In this document: one piece after another, positions 51,253-62,591 of the stretch | How the letters are laid out: the number at the start of each line of letters is the position of its first letter | Position numbering within the stretch: position 1 is the stretch's first letter | Assembly (NCBI GenBank): GCA_902632275.1 | Contig: CACPBW010000001.1 | Coordinates: forward strand, 12,111-76,110 | Origin: an uncultured Pelagibacteraceae bacterium | Lineage (GTDB): Bacteria > Pseudomonadota > Alphaproteobacteria > Pelagibacterales > Pelagibacteraceae | Reading direction: 5' to 3' | DNA length: 64,000 nt | Translations under genes and position numbers: made by a program | The notes under the pieces: generated by a model | The model's database searches: none | What the model was told of the DNA's origin: nothing | What the model saw: the letters and a program-made list of their open reading frames with translations, nothing else

Positions 51253-52614
51253 ATGAATAAAGATATTTTTTTATCAAATAGCCTTGGAGGAAAAAAAGAA
51301 AAATTTGTTCCGATAAATAATAAAAAAGTAGGAATGTATGTTTGTGGGCCAACAGTTTATGATGATCCTCACATTGGAAATGCGAGACCTTTAATTATTT
51401 TTGATTTATTATTTAAAATTCTTAAATGTAAATATGGGAATAAGTCAGTAATTTATGTAAGAAATATTACAGATATTGACGACAAAATTATTAAATCATC
51501 AAAAGAAAAAAATATTTCAATATCTGAGTTAACATCAAATATTACTAAAAAATTTCATGATGATTGCAAGTATTTAAATTGTGAAATACCTACTCACGAA
51601 CCTAAAGCAACAGATAATATTGAATCAATGATAGTTATGATACAGGAATTAATTAAAAATAAATTTGCATATGAAAATCAAAAACATGTTTATTTTAAAG
51701 TCAAAAATTTTAAAGATTATGGAAAACTTTCAAATAAAAACCTTGATGATTTAATTGCAGGATCAAGGGTAGAATTATCCGATAAAAAAGAAAATCCAGA
51801 GGATTTTGTTTTATGGAAACCCTCAAATGATGATGAGCCATCATGGGATTCTCCTTGGGGAAAGGGTAGACCTGGTTGGCATTTAGAATGCTCAGTTATG
51901 TCAAAAAAATATCTTGGAAATACTTTTGATATTCATGGAGGTGGAAGGGATTTAATATTTCCTCATCATGAAAATGAAATTGCTCAATCAGTATGTGCCA
52001 ATAAAACAGAAAAATTTGCAAATTATTGGGTTCATAATAATTTTATCACAATGTCAAAAGAGAAAATGGCAAAGTCACAGGGAAATATTTTGAAAATAAG
52101 CGATTTTAAAAAAAAATATAACGGTCAAGTTTTAAGATTGGCTTTAATAAGTGCTCATTATAGCCAACCATTAGACTGGAATGAAAAACTAATGGATGAA
52201 TGTCAGAGAACTTTAGACAAGTGGTACAATTGTTATGTGCCGGTAAATAAGAAAATATTAATACAAGACGATGATTTAAACCCTTTATATGATGACCTAA
52301 ATACTCCAGGTTTTATTGCTGTTCTGCATAAACTTTATGATAAGGCTAAAGATGGCAACCAAGAAGAAAAAGAAATATTTACAACTGCGTGTAAATTTAT
52401 TGGTCTTTTAGGTCAATCAAAAGAGGAGTGGGATAATTTTAAAAAACAAAATCTGAAACTTTCTGAAAACGATATTTTGAAGAAAATTGATGATAGAAAT
52501 AAAGCAAGAGATAAAAAAGATTATGAATTAGCTGATAAAATTAGAAATGAGTTATTAGACAAAGGTATTTTAATTGAAGATAAAGATGGTAAAACAACTT
52601 GGAAAATTAAATGA
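51253..52614 (+). CDS. cysS: Cysteine--tRNA ligase
   Basis: YVCGPTVY, HIGNAR, GRPGWHLECS, HGGG.DL.FPHHENE, KMAKS. Confidence 0.97.
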   Translation: MNKDIFLSNSLGGKKEKFVPINNKKVGMYVCGPTVYDDPHIGNARPLIIFDLLFKILKCKYGNKSVIYVRNITDIDDKIIKSSKEKNISISELTSNITKKFHDDCKYLNCEIPTHEPKATDNIESMIVMIQELIKNKFAYENQKHVYFKVKNFKDYGKLSNKNLDDLIAGSRVELSDKKENPEDFVLWKPSNDDEPSWDSPWGKGRPGWHLECSVMSKKYLGNTFDIHGGGRDLIFPHHENEIAQSVCANKTEKFANYWVHNNFITMSKEKMAKSQGNILKISDFKKKYNGQVLRLALISAHYSQPLDWNEKLMDECQRTLDKWYNCYVPVNKKILIQDDDLNPLYDDLNTPGFIAVLHKLYDKAKDGNQEEKEIFTTACKFIGLLGQSKEEWDNFKKQNLKLSENDILKKIDDRNKARDKKDYELADKIRNELLDKGILIEDKDGKTTWKIK

Positions 52615-54212
52615 GCAAAGAAAGACTATACATATTTGATACAACTTTGAGAGATGGGGCTCAAACCCAAGGTGTACATTTTTCTCTTGATGAAAAAACC
52701 AAAATTGCACATGCATTAGATGCTTTAGGCGTAGATTATATAGAAGGAGGTTGGCCAGGTGCTAACCCTTCTGATACAGAATTTTTTCAAAAAGGATTAA
52801 ATTTAAAAAATTCCACCTTTACTGCTTTTGGAATGACTAAAAAAGCAGGACGTAGTGCTGAAAATGATCCTGGATTATCCGCAATTTTAAATTCAAACAC
52901 AACATCAGTTTGTCTTGTAGGAAAAGCGTGGGATTTTCATGTTGATGTAGCACTAGGTATTTCGAAAGAGGAAAATTTAGAAAACATAAGCGAAACCACC
53001 AAACACTTTGTTAAAAATAATAAAGAATTCATGTTTGATGCAGAACATTTTTTTGATGGTTATAAATCAAATCCAAAATACGCTTTAAAATGCATTAAAG
53101 CAGCTTATGATAATGGAGCTAAATGGATAGTTCTATGTGATACTAATGGTGGAACATTGCCTCATGAAGTAACTGAAATAGTGAAAGAGGTATCTAAACA
53201 TATACCAGGAAAAAATTTGGGTATTCACGCACATAACGATACTGGCAATGCTGTTGCAAATTCAATTGCTGCTGTTTTATCTGGTGCTCGTCAAATACAA
53301 GGTACTATTAATGGTTTAGGTGAAAGATGCGGTAATGCTAATCTAATGTCAATTATTCCAACGTTTCATCTTAAAAAAGAATTATCAGATAAGTTTGAAA
53401 TAAATATTAAAGAAAAAAATATAAAGCACATTACTCAATGTTCAAGATTACTTGATGAAATTTTAAATAGAAAGCCAAATAAACATTTACCATATGTTGG
53501 AGCTGCAGCATTTTCGCATAAAGGTGGCCTGCATGTTTCAGCAGTACAAAAAGACCCAAAAACATATGAACACATTGATCCTTCAGATGTTGGTAATGCA
53601 AGAAACATAGTTGTTTCAGATCAGTCAGGTAAATCAAATATTTTATCTAGACTGAAAACAATTGGAATAGAAATTGAGGAAAATGATCCAAAAGTCAAAA
53701 AACTATTAGAAGAAGTAAAAGATAGAGAGTTTATAGGTTATAGCTATGATGGAGCTGATGCTTCATTCGAACTATTAGCTAGAAGAGTAATAGGAGAAAT
53801 CCCAAGGTATATATCAATAAAAGAATATGACGTTTCAGTTTCAAAAAATGATCAAGATAAAATCATTTCTAGAGCAAAAGCAAAATTAGAGGTGGATGGA
53901 GAGCAGATTGTTTGTGAAGGTGAAGGTAATGGACCTGTTCATGCTTTAGATAACGCTATAAGAAAAAATGTTACCAGATTAGAAAAATATTCAGAATATT
54001 TGAAAGATCTAAAATTAGTTGATTACAAGGTAAGAATTTTAAATACAGGAACTGAGGCCACTACTAGGGTTTCGATTGAAAGCACAGATTCTAAAGGGAA
54101 GAATTGGTTTACTATTGGAGTTTCGCCAAACATAATAGATGCATCGTTTAAAGCTCTTATTGATAGTTTAGATTTCAAATTATTTAAGGATAAGGCTCCC
54201 GCAAGTAAATAA
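52611..54212 (+). CDS. cimA: Citramalate synthase
   Basis: DTTLRDGAQ, EGGWPGANP, DAEHFFDG, LCDTNGG, HAHND, HKGGLHVSA, DYKVRIL. Confidence 0.9.
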   Translation: MSKERLYIFDTTLRDGAQTQGVHFSLDEKTKIAHALDALGVDYIEGGWPGANPSDTEFFQKGLNLKNSTFTAFGMTKKAGRSAENDPGLSAILNSNTTSVCLVGKAWDFHVDVALGISKEENLENISETTKHFVKNNKEFMFDAEHFFDGYKSNPKYALKCIKAAYDNGAKWIVLCDTNGGTLPHEVTEIVKEVSKHIPGKNLGIHAHNDTGNAVANSIAAVLSGARQIQGTINGLGERCGNANLMSIIPTFHLKKELSDKFEINIKEKNIKHITQCSRLLDEILNRKPNKHLPYVGAAAFSHKGGLHVSAVQKDPKTYEHIDPSDVGNARNIVVSDQSGKSNILSRLKTIGIEIEENDPKVKKLLEEVKDREFIGYSYDGADASFELLARRVIGEIPRYISIKEYDVSVSKNDQDKIISRAKAKLEVDGEQIVCEGEGNGPVHALDNAIRKNVTRLEKYSEYLKDLKLVDYKVRILNTGTEATTRVSIESTDSKGKNWFTIGVSPNIIDASFKALIDSLDFKLFKDKAPASK

Positions 54213-55073
54213 ATGAAAATTAAGAAGTTTTCAAAGAAACCTACTGACATTAAAAGCAGGGTAGGAGCTGAACCTGTTGTTTGTTATCCAAATGATAATA
54301 TAAATGACAATCTTCAAATTTTACATGAAGCAAGAAAATATATTAAACAAATTGATGAGATTATAGTCCCACCAAGAGATGCAAAAACTTTTAAAGTTAA
54401 ATCAGGTAATTTTTTTAGAATAGAAAGTATTGAGGGACCACAAGTTGGAGACTTAAATCTATTTCAAGCTGACAATTTAGAAGAAAAGTTTTATTCTGGA
54501 AAAACCAGAGCACTTTATGGAACACATATTTCAGTTGGAGATAAAATGCTTAGTAGTTTTCCATATCTAAGATCATTAGCTACAATTACTTGGGATACAT
54601 TAGACTGGTATGGCTATGATAAGGATGGAGGTTCTGTTCATGACGTCATAGGTACAAGATGTGATCCTTACACATATAAGCTAACATCAAATAATGATTA
54701 TCATTACTGTTGTCATTCAAATTTAACTAGAGCTTTAGTATCAGAAAAAAAAATCAAACTAGATGATGCAGAAAAAATTGTTCATGATGTTTTAAATGTA
54801 TTTATGCTCACTGGTTTTACCAATGAAACCAAACAATATTTTATGAAGTCCAGTCCAGTAAGACCTGGAGATTTTTTAGAATTTTTTGCAGAAACAGATT
54901 TATTAGGTGTTTTATCTGCTTGTCCAGGAGGAGACTGTGGGTCAGAACATTCATCTGATGTTGCAAAATGTTACCCGTTGAAGGTTTCCATTTGGGATGT
55001 TGATAAAAAATTTCTAAAAGGAATTAATCCTTCGACAACGTCAAATTATAATAGAAATCATGGCATCAAATAA
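54213..55073 (+). CDS. DUF1989 (urea carboxylase-associated) family protein
   Basis: GPQVGDLN, HDVIGTRCDPY, CCHSNL, HDVLNVFM, SACPGGDC. Confidence 0.8.
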   Translation: MKIKKFSKKPTDIKSRVGAEPVVCYPNDNINDNLQILHEARKYIKQIDEIIVPPRDAKTFKVKSGNFFRIESIEGPQVGDLNLFQADNLEEKFYSGKTRALYGTHISVGDKMLSSFPYLRSLATITWDTLDWYGYDKDGGSVHDVIGTRCDPYTYKLTSNNDYHYCCHSNLTRALVSEKKIKLDDAEKIVHDVLNVFMLTGFTNETKQYFMKSSPVRPGDFLEFFAETDLLGVLSACPGGDCGSEHSSDVAKCYPLKVSIWDVDKKFLKGINPSTTSNYNRNHGIK

Positions 55074-55799
55074 ATGATCATGAATAAAGTTACATTTATT
55101 TTACACAAGCCTCAGCTTTCAGAAAATATTGGTGCATGTGCAAGAGCAATAAAGAATTTTAATTTTCAAAAATTGTATCTGATTGAACCAAAACCAATCT
55201 TTCCTAATGATAAAATATTAGCAACATCGGTAGGAGCAAAAGACATTATAAAGAAAAGTAAAGTATTCACTAATTTAGAAAGTTCTCTTGGTGATATTGA
55301 TATATTAATTGCAACATCTGCAAGATTTAGAAACAAAAATGTAAAACATATTAATCTTGAGAATTTAAAGAAAATAGATTTTAGAAAAAAAATTGGATTT
55401 TTATTTGGATCTGAAGCATCAGGGCTATCAAATAAAGAGATTAGTTATGCAAATTATACTTTGCAAATTCCAACGAATATTAATTTTAGATCTCTAAATT
55501 TATCACATAGTGTAATAATAATTGCACAATTCATATCAAGTATTTTAAACTCTAAATCAAACAATTTTAAAAAGTCAAAAAAGGTAAAGAAAGCTTCTAA
55601 AAAAGAAATTCAATCAATGATTAATTTATGCATAAGTAATCTGCATGAAATAAATTTTTTTAAGCATAAAGAAAAAAAACCTATAATGCTTGAAAATTTA
55701 AGAAACATTTTTTATAGAATGGAACTTTCAGATAAAGAAACACGTATTTTATCTAGTGTATTTGCAAGTTTAGCTAAAAAAGGTCGATTGACAAAATGA
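55074..55799 (+). CDS. SPOUT tRNA methyltransferase, TrmJ/LasT family
   Basis: PQLSENIGACARA, ATSAR, LFGSEASGLSN, SLNLSH. Confidence 0.88.
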   Translation: MIMNKVTFILHKPQLSENIGACARAIKNFNFQKLYLIEPKPIFPNDKILATSVGAKDIIKKSKVFTNLESSLGDIDILIATSARFRNKNVKHINLENLKKIDFRKKIGFLFGSEASGLSNKEISYANYTLQIPTNINFRSLNLSHSVIIIAQFISSILNSKSNNFKKSKKVKKASKKEIQSMINLCISNLHEINFFKHKEKKPIMLENLRNIFYRMELSDKETRILSSVFASLAKKGRLTK

Positions 55800-55815
55800 A
55801 GAGTAAGTTTATAAA
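55788..55815 (+). promoter_or_regulatory. Putative sigma70 promoter for rpsD, inside the 3' end of the upstream gene
   Basis: TTGACA-N16-TATAAA ending 12 nt before the rpsD ATG. Confidence 0.55.
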
Positions 55816-55827
55816 CCCATTTATTAA

Positions 55828-56445
55828 ATGACAAAAAGATTAAACTCAAAACATAAAGTTGACAGAAGATTAAAAGTAAATCTTTGGGGAAGACCTAAGA
55901 GTCCTTTCAATACTAGAGGTTATCCACCAGGACAGCATGGACAAAGTAAATCTGCTAAACCGTCTGACTTTGGTGTTCAATTGCAAGCTAAACAAAAACT
56001 TAAATGTTATTATGGAAATATGAACGAAAGACAGTTCAGAAATGTTTATAAAAAAGCAATTATGAAAAAAGGTGATAGTGCAGAAAATTTAATTGGTTTA
56101 CTTGAGAGAAGATTGGATGCAATTGTTTATAGAGCAAAATTAGCCACTACAATATTTTCAGCAAGACAACTTATTAACCACGGACATCTTAAAGTGAATG
56201 GAAAAAAAGTTAACATTTCAAGCTATCAAGTTAGAGAGGAAGACACTATAGAAGTTAGAGATAAATCTAAACAATTAGCTTTAATAGATGTTGCTCTTGC
56301 AAATAAAGAAAGGGAAGTACCTGAATATTTACAAGTTGATGAAAAAAATAAAAAAGTAAAATTTGTCAGAGTTCCAAAATTTGAAGAAGTTCCTTATCCA
56401 GTAGTTATGGAACCAAACCTAGTAATAGAGTATTATTCAAGGTAG
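55828..56445 (+). CDS. rpsD: 30S ribosomal protein S4
   Basis: [34 protein letters not shown]. Confidence 0.97.
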   Translation: MTKRLNSKHKVDRRLKVNLWGRPKSPFNTRGYPPGQHGQSKSAKPSDFGVQLQAKQKLKCYYGNMNERQFRNVYKKAIMKKGDSAENLIGLLERRLDAIVYRAKLATTIFSARQLINHGHLKVNGKKVNISSYQVREEDTIEVRDKSKQLALIDVALANKEREVPEYLQVDEKNKKVKFVRVPKFEEVPYPVVMEPNLVIEYYSR

Positions 56446-58026
56446 TTGAATTTATCTTTTAAAAAAATTTCAGTTTTTCTAGCTTTTGCTTATTTAGTTT
56501 TAGGCATTTATCTTTCCATAAATACGGGAATATCTCATGATGAATTTCATGAACAACAAAATTGGACTTACAATGTTCAAGCAGTTAAAGATTTTTTAAG
56601 GACAGGTCAATATGATAGTTTTTTAGGTTTCAAGGACAGATATCACGGCATAGGCTTCCATTATATTAGTCAACCAGTGCAGTTTTTATTTTCTGATTTT
56701 GTAGGAAAAACTTATCAATTAAGTGAATATGGAGGATTATTAATCTCAAAGCACATCGCTGTTTTTTTAATCTTTTTTACCTCAGGAATTTTTCTCTTTA
56801 AAATCTTTAAAATTGTTAATGATGATGATAACTTTGCTATCATTTCTACAGGAATTTATTTTCTATTTCCTTATCTATTCGGTCATTCTTTATTTAACCC
56901 AAAAGACATACCATTTTTGTCAGTTTGGGTAATTTGCACTTATTATATAATTATATTAATTCAAAATTTTAAAACTAATAATTATCTATCTTTAAAATTG
57001 CTTCTAATTTTATCGTCTTTAACTGCATTTTTAATTTCTATAAGGACTCTTGGGTTGCTTATTTTTTTACAATACTTAATATTTTTAATTGTATTTTCTG
57101 AAACATATAAACAAGATCTTTTAACATTAATCCAAAAACAAAGAAAAAATTTATTAATATTCACCACTTCTACATTATTTCTGATTTATATCATGAACCC
57201 AATTTTCTGGCATAATCCACTTGAAATAATTAATTCGATTGCGTGGATGGGAAAGTATCAACAAGATGTTTGTACAACAACTTTAGGAAAATGTATGAAA
57301 GCATTGGATCTTCCTGCGAGCTATTATTTTATATGGTTATTTTTTAAATTACCAATTATTGTATTATTTGGTTTAGCTTTATATCCTTTTTGTGAAAGTA
57401 AACTATCCAAAAATAAATTTGCAAACTTTATTATAATATCTCTTTTGATAACATCAATTTCTGTTTTAGCTATTTTTATTATTTTCAAGGTCGCTATTTA
57501 CGATGAACTTAGACATATTATGTTCTTAATACCTCTAATATTTATAATAAGTTTAAGCTGTATTTATTTATATAATAAAAAAATATTTTTAATATTTGGG
57601 ATTATAACTTCAATATTTTTTGTAGCTGAAAATGTTTCTATAAACCCTTATCAGTACACATGGATGAATTCTTTTGCAAAATTTTACAATATAAATAAAA
57701 ACTTTGAAGTAGATTATTGGGGTATAAGTAATAAATCATTAAGTAATCAGATAATAAAAGATTATAAAACAAAAGAATTTAAAAAAAGTAATTGTATTTA
57801 TGGAGGCCAATATTCAGACGTTTTTTTACAAAATTATGATTTCAAGTGTTTTAAATCATATAGTAAGTTAGACTCTGCTAAAGATAGACCATATTATGTA
57901 ATAAAAAATGTTAGAAATATAAAACGTTCAAATCCTAAAGACTGTGAACTGGTCAAAAATGAAACGTTTAATTATTTATTTGATTTAAGATCTATAAGTG
58001 CTGGTAGTTTATGGTACTGTAATTAA
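56446..58026 (+). CDS. Polytopic membrane protein, GT-C (ArnT/PMT-like) glycosyltransferase candidate
   Basis: TM1 followed by a SHDE acidic motif; GHSLFNPKDIPF, YDELRH, VDYWG; many TM helices. Confidence 0.65.
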   Translation: MNLSFKKISVFLAFAYLVLGIYLSINTGISHDEFHEQQNWTYNVQAVKDFLRTGQYDSFLGFKDRYHGIGFHYISQPVQFLFSDFVGKTYQLSEYGGLLISKHIAVFLIFFTSGIFLFKIFKIVNDDDNFAIISTGIYFLFPYLFGHSLFNPKDIPFLSVWVICTYYIIILIQNFKTNNYLSLKLLLILSSLTAFLISIRTLGLLIFLQYLIFLIVFSETYKQDLLTLIQKQRKNLLIFTTSTLFLIYIMNPIFWHNPLEIINSIAWMGKYQQDVCTTTLGKCMKALDLPASYYFIWLFFKLPIIVLFGLALYPFCESKLSKNKFANFIIISLLITSISVLAIFIIFKVAIYDELRHIMFLIPLIFIISLSCIYLYNKKIFLIFGIITSIFFVAENVSINPYQYTWMNSFAKFYNINKNFEVDYWGISNKSLSNQIIKDYKTKEFKKSNCIYGGQYSDVFLQNYDFKCFKSYSKLDSAKDRPYYVIKNVRNIKRSNPKDCELVKNETFNYLFDLRSISAGSLWYCN

Positions 58027-58289
58027 TCTGAGCTTTCTCTAATTTCTTTTTTAATTTTTTGAATAAATTGATTTATTAATTTGGCATCTTCTTTAGATAA
58101 ATAACGCTCTTTTTTTACAGCTTTTTTTAATTCTTCTCTGATTTTGTTTACTCCATCCTTACGACCTTCTTTTGTCATAAGAACCTCACTTTGAGATGTA
58201 AATTCTTTAATCTGCTTTGCAATCGTTAATTCATAAACTAAAACTATAGCAATAACTGCTATTAAAGTTTTATAAATGAATTGCTTCAT
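58023..58289 (-). CDS. Small hypothetical membrane-anchored protein
   Basis: N-terminal TM helix then a charged helix; overlaps the grxD stop. Confidence 0.6.
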   Translation of the reverse strand: MKQFIYKTLIAVIAIVLVYELTIAKQIKEFTSQSEVLMTKEGRKDGVNKIREELKKAVKKERYLSKEDAKLINQFIQKIKKEIRESSD

Positions 58290-58618
58290 GATTTATGAGG
58301 TATATTTTTATCCTTTAAAACTTTTTTCAATTCGCCATTTTCGAACATTTCTTTGATGATATCACACCCACCAATAAATTCATTTTTGATATATAGTTGA
58401 GGTATAGTTGGCCAATCACTATAATCTTTTATGCCTTGTCGTATATCTTGGTTTTGCAAAACATCTACACTTTTAAAATTTACTTCTAAAACTTTTAATA
58501 TATTAGCTACCGCTAAAGAAAAACCACATTGAGGTGCATCAGGCGAACCTTTCATAAAGAGGCATACGTCATTGCCTTTAATCTCGTTACTAATTGTTTC
58601 TTTAATTTGTTGATCCAT
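58286..58618 (-). CDS. grxD: Monothiol glutaredoxin
   Basis: FMKG...PQCGFS, WPTIPQLY, GGCDI. Confidence 0.95.
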   Translation of the reverse strand: MDQQIKETISNEIKGNDVCLFMKGSPDAPQCGFSLAVANILKVLEVNFKSVDVLQNQDIRQGIKDYSDWPTIPQLYIKNEFIGGCDIIKEMFENGELKKVLKDKNIPHKS

Positions 58619-58847
58619 TTTTCTCCTTCGTTGTTAAGGCAAGCGCATGTAATTGATTTCCCATTTTGCCCTTAAGGGAACTATATACCATTTTATGCTG
58701 TTCTATTTTACTTTTTCCTGCAAATTGAGAAGAGATTACTGTCGCAGAATAATGATTTTCATCACCTGCTAAGTCTTGGATCTCAACTATTGCATCTGGA
58801 AAGGCCTCTTTAATAAGAGCTTCCAATTCTTTTACATTCATTGCCAT
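58602..58847 (-). CDS. BolA family protein
   Basis: DLAGDENHY, QHKMVY, LHALAL; start moved to ATG 58847, overlapping the purL stop. Confidence 0.92.
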   Translation of the reverse strand: MAMNVKELEALIKEAFPDAIVEIQDLAGDENHYSATVISSQFAGKSKIEQHKMVYSSLKGKMGNQLHALALTTKEKNGSTN

Positions 58848-61039
58848 TATTGCGCCATGTACTCCATTAGCCAATTTTTATTATGTTTAGATAATTCGTC
58901 AACTGATATCTTTTCACTATCTATATTAATATAATTATCTTTTTGAACTTCCCCTAAATTATCAAAGTGTACTGAGTTCTCTTTTAAGATATTTTCAACT
59001 TTTTTTAAGTTTTTCTTAGATACTTCAATTATGTATCTTCCTTGATCTTCACTGAAAAAAAACTCAAATTTATTTATCAAACTTTTCAATTTATTTAATT
59101 TAACTCCCTTTTTTCCTTTGATACACATTTTCGCAATAGCTATAAGAATTCCACCAAGGGATACATCTCTACAAGATAATATAAGTTTTTCTTTCATTAA
59201 TTTCATAACTGTAGAACCATTATTTTTTTCGTTAAAAAGATTAATTTCTGGTGGAGGACCTTTTTTTTCATTAAGAATACTTCTCGCAAACACACTTTGG
59301 TCTATATGACCTTCGGTTTTACCAATAGCAAGTATTACATTACCCTCGTTTTTTAGATCCATAGTTAAAATATTTTTGTAATTTTTTAATAATCCAACTC
59401 CACCAATTGATGGGGTGGGCTTAATACCTTTATCTTTTGTTTCATTATAAAAAGAAACATTCCCAGAAACGACCGGGAAATCTAAATATTTACACGCCTC
59501 GGATATACCCTGTACACATTCAACAAACTCACCCATATTTTTTTCTTTCTCAGGATTTCCAAAATTTAAGCAATTAGTTATTGCAATTGGCTCAGCACCC
59601 ACTGAAATTAGATTTCTCCAACTTTCACATACCACTTGTTTTCCTCCAGTTAAAGGATGGGCAAAACAATATGTTGCTGAAGAATCCACACTTGCAGCAA
59701 CTGCTTTCTCGGTTCCATGAATTCTTACAACACCAGCATCTCCACCAGGTTTTTGTATGGTGTCTCCCATGACTGTGTGATCGTACTGGTTCCATATCCA
59801 TTTTTTTTCACAAATATTTGGATTTGAAAGTAATTTTATTAAACAATTATTTATCTTAAGAGATTTAAAATTCTCTTTTTTAAATTTTATTTTTTGAGGA
59901 AGTTTTGTTTTTTTCCACTTACGATCATATTCTGGAGCATCTTCAGCTAAAAAATCAATTGGAATATCCGCAACTTTTTTACTATCGAAATAAAGTTCAA
60001 TTTTTTTTGAAGTTGTTGTTTTTCCAATTACAGCAAAGTCCAAATCCCATTTATCAAATATTTTTTTCGCATTTTCCTCTTTTCCATTCTCAAGCACAAT
60101 GAGCATCCTTTCTTGACTCTCAGATAGCATAATTTCATATGGCGTCATTTTTTCTTCCCTGCATGGAACTTTGCTTAAGTCTAGTTCTATTCCTAGTTTA
60201 CCTTTTGAAGCCATTTCAATGCTTGACGATGTTAATCCAGCTGCACCCATATCTTGAATTGATATAATAGAATCGTCAGCCATTAATTCTAAACATGCCT
60301 CTAGTAAAAGTTTTTCTGTAAACGGATCTCCAACTTGAACAGTTGGTTTTTTTTCCTCAATTTTATCGTCAAATACTGCTGATGCCATGCTAGCACCATG
60401 TATTCCATCTCTCCCAGTTTTTGATCCAACATAAATTACAGGTTTACCAATACCAGCTGCTTTTGAGTAAAAAATTTTTTTCTTATTAACCAAACCAAGA
60501 GTCATCGCATTTACTAAAATATTTCCATTATAAGACTCATCGAAACAGGTTTGACCTCCAATTGTTGGAACACCAATGCAATTTCCATAACCACCAATTC
60601 CTTTAACAACTCCTCTTAATAAATTTTTAGTTTTTTTGTGTTGAGTTGATCCAAAATGTATTGAATTTAAATTAGCAATAGGTCTTGCACCCATTGTAAA
60701 AACATCTCTCATGATACCACCTACACCAGTTGCAGCACCTTGATATGGTTCTATAAATGAGGGGTGATTATGACTTTCAATTTTAAAAACAATAGCATCT
60801 TCATCATCAACATCGATAACACCAGCATTTTCACCTGGTCCCTGTATCACTCTTTTACCTTGCGTGTGAAGATTTTTTAAGTGCTTCCTCGAAGATTTAT
60901 ATGAACAGTGTTCATTCCACATAGCTGAAAAAATTCCGAGTTCAGTAATATTTGGAGTTCTCTTCAGTAACTGACAAATTTTTTTATATTCATCTGATTT
61001 CAAACCATGTTCAATTGCAATTTTCTCGTTAACAAGCAT
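58847..61039 (-). CDS. purL: FGAM synthase subunit PurL (small form)
   Basis: [46 protein letters not shown]. Confidence 0.97.
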   Translation of the reverse strand: MLVNEKIAIEHGLKSDEYKKICQLLKRTPNITELGIFSAMWNEHCSYKSSRKHLKNLHTQGKRVIQGPGENAGVIDVDDEDAIVFKIESHNHPSFIEPYQGAATGVGGIMRDVFTMGARPIANLNSIHFGSTQHKKTKNLLRGVVKGIGGYGNCIGVPTIGGQTCFDESYNGNILVNAMTLGLVNKKKIFYSKAAGIGKPVIYVGSKTGRDGIHGASMASAVFDDKIEEKKPTVQVGDPFTEKLLLEACLELMADDSIISIQDMGAAGLTSSSIEMASKGKLGIELDLSKVPCREEKMTPYEIMLSESQERMLIVLENGKEENAKKIFDKWDLDFAVIGKTTTSKKIELYFDSKKVADIPIDFLAEDAPEYDRKWKKTKLPQKIKFKKENFKSLKINNCLIKLLSNPNICEKKWIWNQYDHTVMGDTIQKPGGDAGVVRIHGTEKAVAASVDSSATYCFAHPLTGGKQVVCESWRNLISVGAEPIAITNCLNFGNPEKEKNMGEFVECVQGISEACKYLDFPVVSGNVSFYNETKDKGIKPTPSIGGVGLLKNYKNILTMDLKNEGNVILAIGKTEGHIDQSVFARSILNEKKGPPPEINLFNEKNNGSTVMKLMKEKLILSCRDVSLGGILIAIAKMCIKGKKGVKLNKLKSLINKFEFFFSEDQGRYIIEVSKKNLKKVENILKENSVHFDNLGEVQKDNYINIDSEKISVDELSKHNKNWLMEYMAQ

Positions 61040-61905
61040 TATTTAGACGTCTTTAATTTACTTCTCTCTGTTGCAAAAGAAACCTCAGCAAAGTATATAG
61101 TGTGTCCAGGAAACTTATATCCCTCAGGATAACCAGCACCGCCATATTCAGGATGCATATATGTACCATACTTAACATGGGTATGACTATGTTTTGATGT
61201 TTGAAAGCCTTCTCTGTTTACTTTTAATTCACCATTAATATATGCTCTTACATAACCTTTTGTTCTGGAATACAATATATTAAACTCAATCAAGTGCCAC
61301 TTACCTTTTAGATTTTCTTTATCAACTAATGTAACACCATCCATAGTTAGTTTGCCGTTATATATAGAAGCAGAAAATTGAGGTCCGTAACCACCTCTGT
61401 TTTGACCACCATACTCTTTATGATTTGAACCATAGAATTGTGTAATATAAGGTTGTAACAATGGATCAACTAAATTATCAGGTGTATCAGGTACATAGAT
61501 ATAATAACTGAACCAAATATTTTTTTCTTTCTTAGCTGTTCTAATCTCTTTATCAAAAGACACTTCAAGTCTTAATCTATTACTATTACAATCAGTAGTG
61601 CCGGTACCTATCTTAACTTTGTTTGCCTGCCAGAAATGTCCTGCTGTACCACAATCACCTGTTCTAGGACTAATACTTTCAATTATATCGAATCTACCTG
61701 TTGGATCTTTAATGATAGTATAATTGTGATTTTTTAATTCCTTCTTTTGATAGTTAGCAATATGTACCTTATTAAACTTAACGCCACCAGCATAACCTCT
61801 ATCTTTTATATAGTTAGGATCTTTTGATATAACTTCGGCAAATACAACACCGATCATCATAAAAAAAATTATCAATATATAATATAGTTTAATTCTAATT
61901 TTCAT
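61039..61905 (-). CDS. Secreted polysaccharide-lyase-like (beta-jelly roll) protein
   Basis: Signal peptide ending VFA; [34 protein letters not shown] and VKYGTY resemble Polysacc_lyase/heparinase I family motifs. Confidence 0.6.
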   Translation of the reverse strand: MKIRIKLYYILIIFFMMIGVVFAEVISKDPNYIKDRGYAGGVKFNKVHIANYQKKELKNHNYTIIKDPTGRFDIIESISPRTGDCGTAGHFWQANKVKIGTGTTDCNSNRLRLEVSFDKEIRTAKKEKNIWFSYYIYVPDTPDNLVDPLLQPYITQFYGSNHKEYGGQNRGGYGPQFSASIYNGKLTMDGVTLVDKENLKGKWHLIEFNILYSRTKGYVRAYINGELKVNREGFQTSKHSHTHVKYGTYMHPEYGGAGYPEGYKFPGHTIYFAEVSFATERSKLKTSK

Positions 61906-62585
61906 TTAATATTATTAATTAAATTTTTAAAAAAAATTGATCCATCTTCTCCCGAAAGATATTTATCAATCATCCTTTCAGGATGGGGCATCATCCCTAA
62001 AATATTTTTTTCTTTATTAAAAATACCAGCAATATTTTGCAATGCTCCATTGGGATTTGATTTCTCATTTACTTCACCTTTTTCATTACAATATGAAACT
62101 GCTATAAGATTGTTATCTTTAAGCATTTTTAACTCGTCATTTGTACAGAAATAATTACCCTCATTATGAGCAATATGAAGTTCTAAAACGTCTTTATCTA
62201 TACTATTAAAATATTTATTATTTTTATTGTTAACTTTTACAAATACATTTTTGCATATAAATTCAATATTTTTATTTTGTTGTAGAACACCAGGGAGCAG
62301 ACCAGTTTCTGTTAATATTTGAAAACCATTACAAATACCTAGAACTAATCCACCTTTTGCTGCAAAATCTATAACAGATTTAATAATTTTACTTTTACCA
62401 GCTATACTTCCACATCTAAGATAATCACCATATGAAAATCCTCCTGGTAGAACAATTAAGTCTGATTTAGGTAATTGTTCATCATCGTGCCATACCATCT
62501 CATTTTTAAAACCGAATTTTTTTAGCGCTACATCCATGTCTCTATCACAATTTGAGCCTGGAAAAATAATAACAGCTGATTTCAT
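61902..62585 (-). CDS. purQ: FGAM synthase glutaminase subunit
   Basis: FPGSNCD, PGGFSYGDYLR, GICNGFQ, NPNG, MMPHPER. Confidence 0.97.
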   Translation of the reverse strand: MKSAVIIFPGSNCDRDMDVALKKFGFKNEMVWHDDEQLPKSDLIVLPGGFSYGDYLRCGSIAGKSKIIKSVIDFAAKGGLVLGICNGFQILTETGLLPGVLQQNKNIEFICKNVFVKVNNKNNKYFNSIDKDVLELHIAHNEGNYFCTNDELKMLKDNNLIAVSYCNEKGEVNEKSNPNGALQNIAGIFNKEKNILGMMPHPERMIDKYLSGEDGSIFFKNLINNIK

Positions 62586-62591
62586 TATTGA

